Shown: positions 23,649 through 32,944 of the stretch, piece after piece | How the letters are laid out: every line of letters starts with the position of its first letter | How positions within the stretch are numbered: the stretch's first letter is position 1 | Assembly (NCBI GenBank): GCA_963820715.1 | Contig: CAWGAU010000004.1 | Location: 385,773-449,772 of the forward strand | From: an uncultured Actinomycetota bacterium | GTDB lineage: Bacteria; Actinomycetota; Actinomycetes; Streptomycetales; Streptomycetaceae | DNA: 64,000 bases | Reading direction: 5' to 3' | The notes under the pieces: generated by a model | Told to the model about the DNA's origin: nothing | The model's database searches: none | Seen by the model: the letters and a program-made list of their open reading frames with translations, nothing else | Made by a program: the position numbers and the translations under genes

Positions 23649-23732
23649 CCGACCTGTGAAGCGTCGGCGCCGGCCGCCCGACCGAGGGCGGGCGGCTTCG
23701 ATCTCCTCTGACCGTCCGGGGTGTGCCTTCCC

Positions 23733-23816
23733 ATGCCAGACCTAGTTTTCGTCGCCGTCACCGTCGTCGTGTTCGCCGTCATCGGCCTGGTGGCCAAGGG
23801 GGTGGAGCGGCTGTGA
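23733..23816 (+). CDS. 27-aa single-TM peptide MPDLVFVAVTVVVFAVIGLVAKGVERL, stop overlapping kdpF start (ctGTGAgc)
   Basis: Found by manual reading; too short for the ORF track. It is hydrophobic. The GTGA start/stop overlap with kdpF suggests translational coupling. No clear Shine-Dalgarno sequence. Confidence 0.35.
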   Translation: MPDLVFVAVTVVVFAVIGLVAKGVERL

Positions 23817-23902
23817 GCGCTGAAAACGTCGTCGGACTCGTCGTTGCCGTGGCCCTGGTCGGATACCTGGTGCTGGCACTGATCCACCCGGAGAAGTTCT
23901 AG
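23813..23902 (+). CDS. kdpF: KdpF subunit (29 aa) VSAENVVGLVVAVALVGYLVLALIHPEKF
   Basis: Matches mycobacterial and actinomycete KdpF (...VGL.IA.AL..YL..AL..PEKF). Its stop overlaps the kdpA GTG start. Confidence 0.7.
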   Translation: MSAENVVGLVVAVALVGYLVLALIHPEKF

Positions 23903-25568
23903 TGAACGACACCCTCGCGGGCTGGCTCCAGATCATCGCCCTGCTGGGCGTGCTGGCGCTGTCCTACCGGCCGCTGGGCGACTACATGGCCCACGTCCTG
24001 ACCTCCCCCAAACACTGGAGCGTCGAGCGCTTCCTCTACCGGCTCGGCGGGGTGGACGGCGAAGCCGACCAGCGCTGGCCGGTCTACCTGCGCAGCGTCC
24101 TCGCCTTCTCCGCCGTGTCCGTGCTCTTCCTCTACGCCTTCCAGCGGCTCCAGAGCCACCTGCTGCTGTCCGTCGGCATGAAGGCGGTGCCGCCGAACAC
24201 GGCGTTCAACACCGCGACTTCCTTCGTCACCAACACCAACTGGCAGTCGTACTCGGGTGAGTCCACGATGGGCCACCTGGTGCAGATGGCCGGGCTCGCG
24301 GTGCAGAACTTCGTGTCGGCCGCCGTCGGCATCGCGGTCGTCGCCGCCCTGATCCGCGGCTTCACCCGCAGGCGCACCGACCGCGTCGGCAACTTCTGGG
24401 TGGACCTCACCCGGATCGTGCTGCGCGTCCTGCTGCCCATGGCCTTCGTCTTCGCGATCATCCTGGTCGCGGGCGGCGCCGTGCAGAACTTCCACGGTGT
24501 GCAGTCGCTCTCCACGATCGCCGGCGACCACCAGAGCCTCACCGGCGGGCCGGTCGCCTCGCAGGAGGCGATCAAGGAACTCGGCACCAACGGCGGCGGC
24601 TTCTACAACGCCAACTCCGCGCACCCCTTCGAGAACCCCAACGCGTTCACCAACATCCTCGAGATCTACATGCTGCTGGTGATCTCCGTCTGCCTGCCGC
24701 GCACCTTCGGCAAGATGGTCGGCGACAAGCGCCAGGGCTACGCGATCCTCGCGGTGATGGGCCTGATCTGGGCCGCGTCGGTGGCGGCCATCACCGTCAG
24801 CGAACTGCACAGCTTCCACAGCGCGGCGGGCCACGCGGCCGGCGGCATGATGGAGGGCAAGGAACAGCGGTTCGGGATCTGGGGTTCGGCGCTGTTCGCC
24901 GTCGTCCACCACGCTGACCTCGACGCGGCGCCGTCAACTCCTTCCACGACTCGTTCTCGCCGCTCGGCGGCGGAACGACGATCTTCAACATGATGCTGGG
25001 CGAGATCGCGCCCGGCGGCACCGGCTCCGGGCTGTACGGCATCCTCATCCTGGCGATCATCACGGTCTTCGTGGCCGGTCTGATGGTCGGCCGCACCCCG
25101 GAGTACCTGGGCAAGAAGCTCGGCGGCCGGGAGATGAAGTTCGCCTCGCTCTACATCCTCACCACCCCGGCGATCGTGCTGGTCGGCGCGGGCGTGGCGA
25201 TGGCGCTGCCAGGTGAGCGGGCGAACATGCTCAACACCGGTGCGCACGGCTTCTCCGAGGTGCTGTACGCCTTCACCTCGGCCGCGAACAACAACGGTTC
25301 CGCGTTCGCCGGTATCACGGTGACCTCCAACTGGTGGAACACGGCGCTGGGCCTGGCGATGCTGCTGGGCCGCTTCCTGCCGATGGTGTTCGTGCTGGCC
25401 CTGGCCGGTTCGCTCGGCAGACAGCAGCCGGTACCCGCCACCGCGGGCACCCTGCCCACCCACCGGCCGCAGTTCGTCGGCCTGCTGACCGCGGTGGTCA
25501 TCATCGTCGTCGGTCTCACGTACTTCCCCGCGCTCGCGCTGGGTCCGCTCGCGGAAGGTCTCCACTGA
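23902..25568 (+). CDS. kdpA: K+-transporting ATPase subunit A; frameshift ~24900-24990
   Basis: [33 protein letters not shown]...[11 protein letters not shown]...[19 protein letters not shown], then second frame ...[29 protein letters not shown]... Confidence 0.9.
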
Positions 25569-27711
25569 TGTCGTCCCTGACCACCCTCGAACCCCCCGTC
25601 ACGCCGGGGGACTCCCCGGAGCCGCCCGAGCGGCACCGGATCTCCGGCGGCATGCTCGACCCGAAGCAGCTCCTCACGTCGCTTCCGGACGCGTGCCGGA
25701 AGCTCGACCCCCGGACGATGGTCAAGAACCCGGTCATGTTCGTGGTCGAGGTCGGCTCGGTGCTGACCACGCTGTCCGCGATCAAGGACCCGAGCGTCTT
25801 CGCCTGGGTGATCACCGCCTGGCTCTGGCTCACCGCGATCTTCGCCAACCTCTCCGAGGCCGTCGCCGAAGGACGCGGCAAGGCCCAGGCCGAGACGCTG
25901 CGCAAGACCAAGACCGACACCCTCGCCCGGCGGCTCGCCGACTGGCGGCCCGGCGACACGCACTCCCGCGAGGAGTCGGTGCCCGCCGCCGAACTGCGGC
26001 TGGCCGACCACGTGGTGGTCGAGGCCGGGCAGGTCATCCCCGGTGACGGCGACGTCGTCGAAGGCGTCGCCTCGGTGGACGAGTCGGCGATCACCGGCGA
26101 GTCGGCCCCCGTCATCCGCGAGTCCGGCGGCGACCGCAGCGCGGTGACCGGCGGCACGAAGGTGCTCTCGGACCGGATCGTCGTGAAGATCACCTCGAAG
26201 CCGGGCGAGACGCTTCATCGACCGGATGATCGCGCTGGTCGAGGGCGCGTCGCCGGCAGAAGACGCCGAACGAGATCGCGCTGAACATCCTGCTGGCGTC
26301 GATGACCATCATCTTCCTGCTGGCCGTCGTGACGCTCCAGCCGTTCGCGATCTACGCGGGCGCCGAGCAGACCATCGTGGTCCTGGTCGCGCTGATGGTC
26401 GCGCTGATACCGACCACGATCGGCGCCCTGCTGTCCGCCATCGGCATCGCGGGCATGGACCGGCTGGTGCAGCGCAACGTCCTGGCCATGTCCGGACGCG
26501 CCGTCGAAGCGGCGGGCGACGTCAACACCCTCCTGCTCGACAAGACCGGCACCATCACCCTCGGCAACCGCCAGGCCGCCGAGTTCCTGACCGCGGACGG
26601 CATCTCCATCGAGGAGTTGGCGGACGCCGCCCAACTGTCGTCGCTCGCCGACGAGACCCCCGAAGGCCGCTCCATCGTGGTGCTCGCCAAGGAGCGCTAC
26701 GGCCTGCGCGGCCGTCCCGAAGGCACCCTGGGGAACGCCGAGTTCGTCCCCTTCACCGCGCAGACCAGGATGAGCGGCGTCGACCTCGTCGAGGACGGCG
26801 ACCACCGCAGCCTGCGCAAGGGCGCCGCCACCGCCGTCATGCAGTGGATACGCGAGAACGGCGGCCACCCCACCGAGGAGGTGGGCCCGATGGTCGACGC
26901 CATCGCGGCCGCCGGCGGCACCCCGCTGGTCGTCGGCGAGGTCGTCCGCCGCGACGGGGACACCACCGCCACCGTGCTCGGCGTGATCAACCTCAAGGAC
27001 GTCGTCAAGGCCGGCATGCGCGACCGGTTCGACGAGCTGCGCCGGATGGGCATCCGCACCGTGATGATCACCGGCGACAACCCGATGACCGCCAAGGCCA
27101 TCGCGGACGAGGCGGGCGTGGACGACTTCCTCGCCGAGGCCACGCCCGAGGACAAGATGGCCCTCATCAAACGCGAGCAGGAGGGCGGGAAGCTGGTCGC
27201 GATGACCGGCGACGGCACCAACGACGCGCCCGCGCTGGCCCAGGCGGACGTCGGCGTGGCCATGAACACCGGCACCTCGGCCGCCAAGGAGGCCGGGAAC
27301 ATGGTGGACCTGGACTCCAACCCCACCAAGCTCATCGAGATCGTGGAGATCGGCAAGCAACTCCTCATCACCCGAGGGGCGCTGACCACCTTCTCCATCG
27401 CCAACGACGTCGCCAAGTACTTCGCGATCATCCCCGCGATGTTCGCCGGCGTCTACCCGGGCCTGCACCACCTCAACATCATGGGTCTGCACAGCCCGAC
27501 CTCGGCCATCACCTCCGCGATCGTCTTCAACGCGCTGATCATCGTCGCGCTGATCCCGCTCGCCCTGCGCGGTGTGCGCTACAAGCCGTCCTCGGCCTCG
27601 GCGCTGCTCAGCCGCAACATCTGGGTGTACGGCCTGGGCGGACTGGTGCTGCCGTTCGTCGGCATCAAACTCATCGACCTCGTCGTGCAGTTCGTCCCCG
27701 GTCTGAACTGA
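25567..27711 (+). CDS. kdpB: K+-transporting P-type ATPase subunit B; two single-base insertions (~26213, ~26253)
   Basis: [47 protein letters not shown]. The conserved [25 protein letters not shown] is recovered only by deleting the C at ~26213 and the C at ~26253. Confidence 0.9.
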
Positions 27712-27727
27712 GAAAGGTCACGTCATC

Positions 27728-28334
27728 GTGCGCAACTACCTGGCGGCCCTGCGAATGCTGCTGATCCTCACCGTCGTGACCGGCGTGGCCTATCCGCTGC
27801 TGGTCACCGGCGTCGCCCAGGCGGCGTTCTCCCACCAGGCCGACGGTTCACCGGTCAAGAAGAACGGCACCACCGTGGGCTCCAGCCTGATCGGCCAGAA
27901 CTTCGACCTGCCGAAGAAGAACCCCGCCGACGCCGACGAGGCGGCCAGGCCCGACCCCGGGTTCTTCCAGCCCCGCCCGTCCGCCGGCGACTACGACCCG
28001 CTCGCCAGCGGTGCGTCCAACCTGGGGCCCAACGACCCCACGCTGGTCAAGACCGTCAAGGAGCGCCGCGCCGCGGTCGCCGCCTTCGACGGGGTCGACC
28101 CGAAGGACGTGCCCGCCGACGCGGTCACCGCCTCCGGCTCCGGCCTCGACCCGGACATCTCCAAGGCGTACGCGGCCGAGCAGGTCGACCGCGTCGCCAA
28201 GGTCCGCGGGCTGAGCGCCGCGACCGTCCGCGGCCCTGGTCTCCGACAACACGCACAGCCGCTCGCTGGGCTTCCTCGGCGAGCCGTACGTGAACGTCGT
28301 CGACCTCAACCTGGCGCTGTCCAGGCTCAAGTGA
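27728..28334 (+). CDS. kdpC: K+-transporting ATPase subunit C; frameshift ~28230
   Basis: MRNYLAALRMLLILTVVTGVAYPLLVTGVAQAAF...ASGASNLGP...SGSGLDPDIS. C-terminus in another frame: ...NTHSRSLGFLGEPYVNVVDLNLALSRLK. Confidence 0.85.
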
Positions 28335-28427
28335 CGACGTTCACATGACCGACCGGCCCGTACCGCCGGCGGTGCGGGCTCCCCCCTGCGCCGCCGGCGG
28401 ACCGGGCCGCGGAAAGGGAGGGCCGGC

Positions 28428-29108
28428 ATGAGCCGAGTGCTCGTCGTCGACGACGAACCGCAGATCGTCCGGGCGCTGGTGATCAACCTGCGCGCCCGGC
28501 GGTACGAGGTCGACGCCGCCCACGACGGGGTCACCGCCCTGCGGATGGCCGCCGACCGGCACCCGGACGTCGTCCTGCTCGACCTCGGCCTGCCCGACAT
28601 GGACGGCGTCGACGTCATCACCGGGCTGCGCGGCTGGACCCGGGTGCCGATCATCGTCCTGTCCGCCCGCCACGCCTCCGACGAGAAGGTCCAGGCGCTC
28701 GACGCGGGCGCCGACGACTACGTCACCAAGCCGTTCGCCATGGACGAACTCCTGGCCCGGATGCGCGCCGCCGTCCGCCGCGCCGACGCGGGCCCCGACC
28801 CCGAGACCTCCACCCTGGAGACCGCGTCCTTCACCGTCGACCTGGCCGCCAAGAAGGTCAACAAGGACGGCACGGACGTCCGCCTCACCCCCACCGAGTG
28901 GCACCTGCTGGAGGTCCTCACCCGTAACGCGGGCCGCCTGATCAGCCAGAAGCAGCTGCTCCAGGACGTGTGGGGCCCCGGCTACGGCACCGAGACCAAC
29001 TACCTGCGGGTGTACATGGCGCAGCTTCGCCGCAAGCTCGAAGCCGACCCCACCCGGCCGCGGCACTTCATCACCGAGCCGGGCATGGGCTACCGGTTCG
29101 AGCCGTGA
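28428..29108 (+). CDS. kdpE: second KdpE-type response regulator (intact), no kinase gene follows it
   Basis: RBS GGAAAGGGAGG. MSRVLVVDDEPQIVRALVINLRARRYEV...NYLRVYMAQLRRKLEADPTRPRHFITEPGMGYRFEP. This is closer to canonical KdpE than the copy at 20713. Confidence 0.9.
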   Translation: MSRVLVVDDEPQIVRALVINLRARRYEVDAAHDGVTALRMAADRHPDVVLLDLGLPDMDGVDVITGLRGWTRVPIIVLSARHASDEKVQALDAGADDYVTKPFAMDELLARMRAAVRRADAGPDPETSTLETASFTVDLAAKKVNKDGTDVRLTPTEWHLLEVLTRNAGRLISQKQLLQDVWGPGYGTETNYLRVYMAQLRRKLEADPTRPRHFITEPGMGYRFEP

Positions 29109-29171
29109 CGGGCGGCCGGGACCGGCCGGATCCCGTCCGGACCGCCAGCCGTACGCGCTGTCGGACCGCCG

Positions 29172-29792
29172 TCAGGCGGCCGTCTCCAGGGTGAGCAGCA
29201 CGCGCTTGGCGTCCTCGCCGCCCGCGTAGCGGCCCATCGTGCCGTCGGAGCGGATCACCCGGTGGCAGGGGACGACGACGGGCAGCGGGTTGGTCGCGCA
29301 GGCCGTGCCGACGGCGCGGACCGCGCGGGGGCTGCCGGCGGCGGCGGCCACCTGCGCGTAGCTCTCGGTGCGGCCGTAGCCGATCTCCGGGAGGTGGGCC
29401 AGGACGTCGCGGCGGAAGCCCGTGGACAGCCGCCAGTCCAGCGGCAGTTCGAAGGTCCTGCGGCGCCCGGCGAAGTACTCGTCGAGCTGGCGGCCGGTCT
29501 CGTCCAGCCGGCCGGGCGCGTGCAGCACCCGCGGGCTGACCCGGTCGGCGAGCTGCTGGAGCACGGCGCTGTGGTCCTGCACCGCGAAGGCGACCTTGAC
29601 CAGGCCCTCGTCGGTGGCGGCCAGCAGCAGCGTGCCCACGGGCGTGTCGAGGGTGCGGTAGGCGACGTCGAGCAGGCCCTCGCGCGCGGCGCGCGCCGCC
29701 AGCCGCCCGTGCAGGCGGTCATCGTGGCGGCGTCGTCCTCGGGCAGGCCCGCGAACAGGCGCCCGCTGTCGGGTTCTCCGGATGGCGTTCAT
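29172..29792 (-). CDS. ogt: methylated-DNA-protein-cysteine methyltransferase (MGMT/Ogt), copy 1
   Basis: Internal RBS GGGAGGGAGAGG then ATG (MNAIRRT...). YRTLDTPVGTLLLAATDEGLVKVAF...ESYAQVAAAAGSPRAVRAVGTACATNPLPVVVPCHRVIRSDGTMGRYAGG (PCHR active site). Confidence 0.75.
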   Translation of the reverse strand: MNAIRRTRQRAPVRGPARGRRRHDDRLHGRLAARAAREGLLDVAYRTLDTPVGTLLLAATDEGLVKVAFAVQDHSAVLQQLADRVSPRVLHAPGRLDETGRQLDEYFAGRRRTFELPLDWRLSTGFRRDVLAHLPEIGYGRTESYAQVAAAAGSPRAVRAVGTACATNPLPVVVPCHRVIRSDGTMGRYAGGEDAKRVLLTLETAA

Positions 29793-30321
29793 GGTCGTCC
29801 TCTCCCTCCCGTCCGGCCGCTGCCGGACTCCGCGGCCACCGGTCCGGCGGCCGAGCGGGTAGGTCCGGCGCAGCGTCTTCATGCCGTCGGCCGCGGCCCG
29901 GCGGGCCGCGTCGGTGCTGCCGCCCGTGACGGCGGCGATGTCCTTGTAGGGGAGCCCGGCCAGGTAGTGGTAGGCCACCGCCTGGCGCTGCCGCTCCGGC
30001 AGTTCCTTCAGCGCCCGCCACAGGTCGGGGTCCCAGTCCTCGGGGCGGCCGGTGCGCGAGACCCGCTCCGGCAGTTCGCCGACCGGTGTGGCCCGGCGGG
30101 AGTTGCCGCGGGTCACGTCGATCGCCTTGCGGTGCGCGACCGTCACCAGCCACGCCTCGACGTTGGCGTCCGCCGGGCAGCTCCGGATACGCCCGCAGCG
30201 CCGCGAGGAACGTCTCCGACCAGGCGTCCTCCGCGTCGTGCGGCCCCAGCACGGCCCGTACGACGCGCAGCACCATCGGCCCGTGGTCGGTCACGATCTG
30301 TTCGAACGGCGGCTTGCTCAC
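29793..30321 (-). CDS. ECF (sigma-70 family) sigma factor; frameshift ~30150-30190; reads in frame into ogt with no stop codon
   Basis: Region 2: MSKPPFEQIVTDHGPMVLRVVRAVLGPHDAEDAWSETFLAALRAYPELP. Region 4 in second frame: WRALKELPERQRQAVAYHYLAGLPYKDIAAVTGGSTDAARRAAADGMKTLRRTY. Confidence 0.7.
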
Positions 30322-30399
30322 ACCCGGCAGACGCGCCCGGCCGCGCCGAACGTGAGACCGCCGCCGCGGACCTCGCCGCTGACTTCGCCGTGGGCGCCG

Positions 30400-30900
30400 T
30401 CAAAACAGCCGCGCCTCCTTCTCCTCCGCGGGCTCCTCCAGGTCGAGCAGGAACCGCTTGCGGTCCAGGCCGCCCGCGTAGCCGGTCAGGCTGCCGCCGG
30501 CGCCCACCACCCGGTGGCACGCCACGACCAGCGACAGCGGGTTGGCGCCCACCGCGGCGCCCACCGCCTGCGCCATCGACCGGTCGCCCAGATCGCCGGC
30601 CAGCTCGCCGTAGGTGCGGGTCCGCCCGTACGGGATCGCGGCGATCAGGTCCCACACCTGGCGCTGGAAGGCGTTGCCGGCCGGCGCCAGCGGCAGGTCG
30701 AACGTGTGCCGCAGGCCCGCGAAGTACTCCTTGAGCTGCTGCCGGACCGCCTCGAACCCGGTGTCCTCGCGCTCCCCGAACTCCTCGGGCGAGGGCCGGC
30801 CGCGGTGCCGGTGCGCGAAGTACAGGCCGGTCAGCGCCCCGTCCTCGGCGACCACCAGCAGATCCCCGAGGGGGGAGTCGACCACCGTGTGCGTCCTCAT
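30400..30900 (-). CDS. ogt: methylated-DNA-protein-cysteine methyltransferase (MGMT/Ogt), copy 2 (intact)
   Basis: MRTHTVVDSPLGDLLVVAEDGALTGLYFA...RTRTYGELAGDLGDRSMAQAVGAAVGANPLSLVVACHRVVGAGGSLTGYAGGLDRKRFLLDLE. Confidence 0.8.
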   Translation of the reverse strand: MRTHTVVDSPLGDLLVVAEDGALTGLYFAHRHRGRPSPEEFGEREDTGFEAVRQQLKEYFAGLRHTFDLPLAPAGNAFQRQVWDLIAAIPYGRTRTYGELAGDLGDRSMAQAVGAAVGANPLSLVVACHRVVGAGGSLTGYAGGLDRKRFLLDLEEPAEEKEARLF

Positions 30901-31022
30901 CAGCGTGCTCCCTTCGCCTCCGGCGGCCCCGTGCGGACCGCCGCCGACACCCCGTAGACGCCGGGCGGCCCGGAACGTGAGATCCGGGCCGCGAACGGTC
31001 CCCGGCCGGAGGAGCACGCGGC

Positions 31023-31829
31023 TCAGGCGGCGGCGGGCCGGAGGGCCACGCTCGCCTCGGAGGTGTGCACGAGGAAGGTCAGCGACTCCTGGAAGTAGAG
31101 CCGCACGCTGGTCGCGTCGTGGCCGAGGTAGCCGATGGACACGTCCTGGCCCAGCCGCAGTTCGAAGTCGCCGCCGCGGGTGGCCAGCAGGAACGCCCCG
31201 TCGATCGCGGGCGCCCACACGATGTCCCCGTCCAGCAGCCGGGCCAGGTGCTGGTGGATCGGGTAGCCGTGGTCGGAGGTCTCGCTGACCGCGGTGTACG
31301 CGTCCGCGCTGAGCGCGAGGGTGTACGCGCCGTCCACCCCGGCCAGCCGCAGCGCCGTGACGGCCTGGCTGACGGCGTCGGGATAGGCCCGGACGTCGGC
31401 GGGCAGCGTCAGCCCCGGGTTGGTGGAGGCGGCCCTGATACCGGTGATGCCCGCGGCCGGGTAGCCCTCGAAGACCGCCCGGTCCTCGGCGAAGGCGAGC
31501 TGCTTGGCGGCGTCCTTGACCGGCTGCCAGTCCGCGTCCTGCGCGCCGCGCTCCACGTCGTCGACCTGGCCGCGGTCCACGGTGAAGGGCACCCGCAGCT
31601 CCACCACGGGCTGGGAGCGGCGGGTCCTGGCGATCACCCCGTCGGCCGGCGCCGCCACGTCGTCCAGGTGCCCGGTCGGCACCGCGGACAGCTCGGCGCC
31701 GGCCGGCTCGGGTACGTCCACGATGCGGCGGGCGGCGACGTTGCGCGCGAAGGTGCGGCGCGCCTCGGCCTCCAGGTCGGCCCAGGCCGCGTCGGAGACG
31801 GGCGCCAGATCACGGTGCAGATTGTTCAC
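31023..31829 (-). CDS. family-1 encapsulin nanocompartment shell protein (intact)
   Basis: VNNLHRDLAPVSDAAWADLEAEARRTFARNVAARRIVDV...GYLGHDATSVRLYFQESLTFLV matches the linocin-M18/encapsulin fold family. GTG start overlaps the DyP stop (GTGA) after RBS AGGAG. Confidence 0.9.
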   Translation of the reverse strand: MNNLHRDLAPVSDAAWADLEAEARRTFARNVAARRIVDVPEPAGAELSAVPTGHLDDVAAPADGVIARTRRSQPVVELRVPFTVDRGQVDDVERGAQDADWQPVKDAAKQLAFAEDRAVFEGYPAAGITGIRAASTNPGLTLPADVRAYPDAVSQAVTALRLAGVDGAYTLALSADAYTAVSETSDHGYPIHQHLARLLDGDIVWAPAIDGAFLLATRGGDFELRLGQDVSIGYLGHDATSVRLYFQESLTFLVHTSEASVALRPAAA

Positions 31830-32944
31830 GAGGGCGTACTCCTGTTCAGGTTGCCGATGCCGAGGCTGCCGTCGGCGGGCCGGAGGACCGCGGGCACGGG
31901 GGAGCCGGCCGGGCACGCGACGGCCGGGGACGGGAGGGCCGAGGCCGAGGCGGGCGGGGCGGCGGTCTCGGCGCCGCCGGCCGCGGGACGGTCGGGCAGG
32001 TCGTCGAGGAAGTCCGCGGACGGGGTGTAGAAGAGCGTGCCGGTCACGGCGGTGGAGAAGTCCAGGATGCGGTCGTGCGACGCGTCCGGCGTGCCCGAGG
32101 AACATGTTCCGCAGCATCTGCTCGGTGACGTCGGGGGTGCGCGAGTAGCCGATGAAGTACGTGCCGAACTCGCCGCGCCCGGGGCTGCCGAACGGCATGT
32201 TGTCGCGCAGGATGTCGCGCTCCTCGCCGTCCGCCCCGGTGACCGTGTTCAGCGCGACGTGCGAGTCGTCCTCGTCCAGCTCGATGTTGGTCGCCTTGGT
32301 GCGGCCGATGATCCGCTCCTGGGCCTCGACCGGCAGTGCGTTCCAGGACCGCAGGTCGTGCAGGTACTTCTGCACGACCACGTAAGAACCGCCCGCGTGG
32401 CCGGGGTCCTCCGCGCCGATCAGCATGGCGTCCCGGGCGGCCGCGCCGACCGGGTTCTCCGTGCCGTCCACGAAGCCCAGCAGGTCGCGGACGTCGAGGT
32501 ACTTGAAACCCTGTACCTCGTCCTGGAGCGTCACCGCGCCGCGCAGCCGGGACATGATCTCGGCCGCGAGCCCGAAGCACAGGTCCAGCCGGGCGGCCCG
32601 CAGATGGAAGAGCAGGTCGCCGGGGGTGGCCACCGCGGTGTGCCGGGGCCCTTCGAGGGCGCGGAAGGGGTGCAGCCCGGCCGGCCTGGGGAAGTCGAAC
32701 AGCCGGTCCCACACGTCGGAGCCGACGGACGCGACGCAGCTCAGCCTGCCGTCGGGGGCGCCGAAGCCGAAGGCGCGCTCCAGGGAGCCGAGGTCGGCCA
32801 GGAGGGCGCGGGCCCCGTCCTCGCCACCGGGGTCGACGGTGACGACGAGGAAGATCGCGGCGACGGTCAGCGGGCTGAGCACCTGCTGCGGTTCCGGCCC
32901 TGCTGCGGGCGGCGGCTCGGCGGGCAATGCGTCCCTCCCGGTCT
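31826..32944 (-). CDS. DyP-type peroxidase encapsulin cargo with C-terminal cargo-loading peptide; frameshifts; start either TTG ~32944 or ATG 32996
   Basis: DyP core: SPLTVAAIFLVVTV...QGFKYLDVRDLLGFVDGTENP...YVVVQKYLHDL...FGTYFIGYSRTPDVTEQMLRNMFLG. C-terminus in another frame ends ...PADGSLGIGNLNRSTPS (cargo-loading peptide consensus SLGIGxL). Confidence 0.85.
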
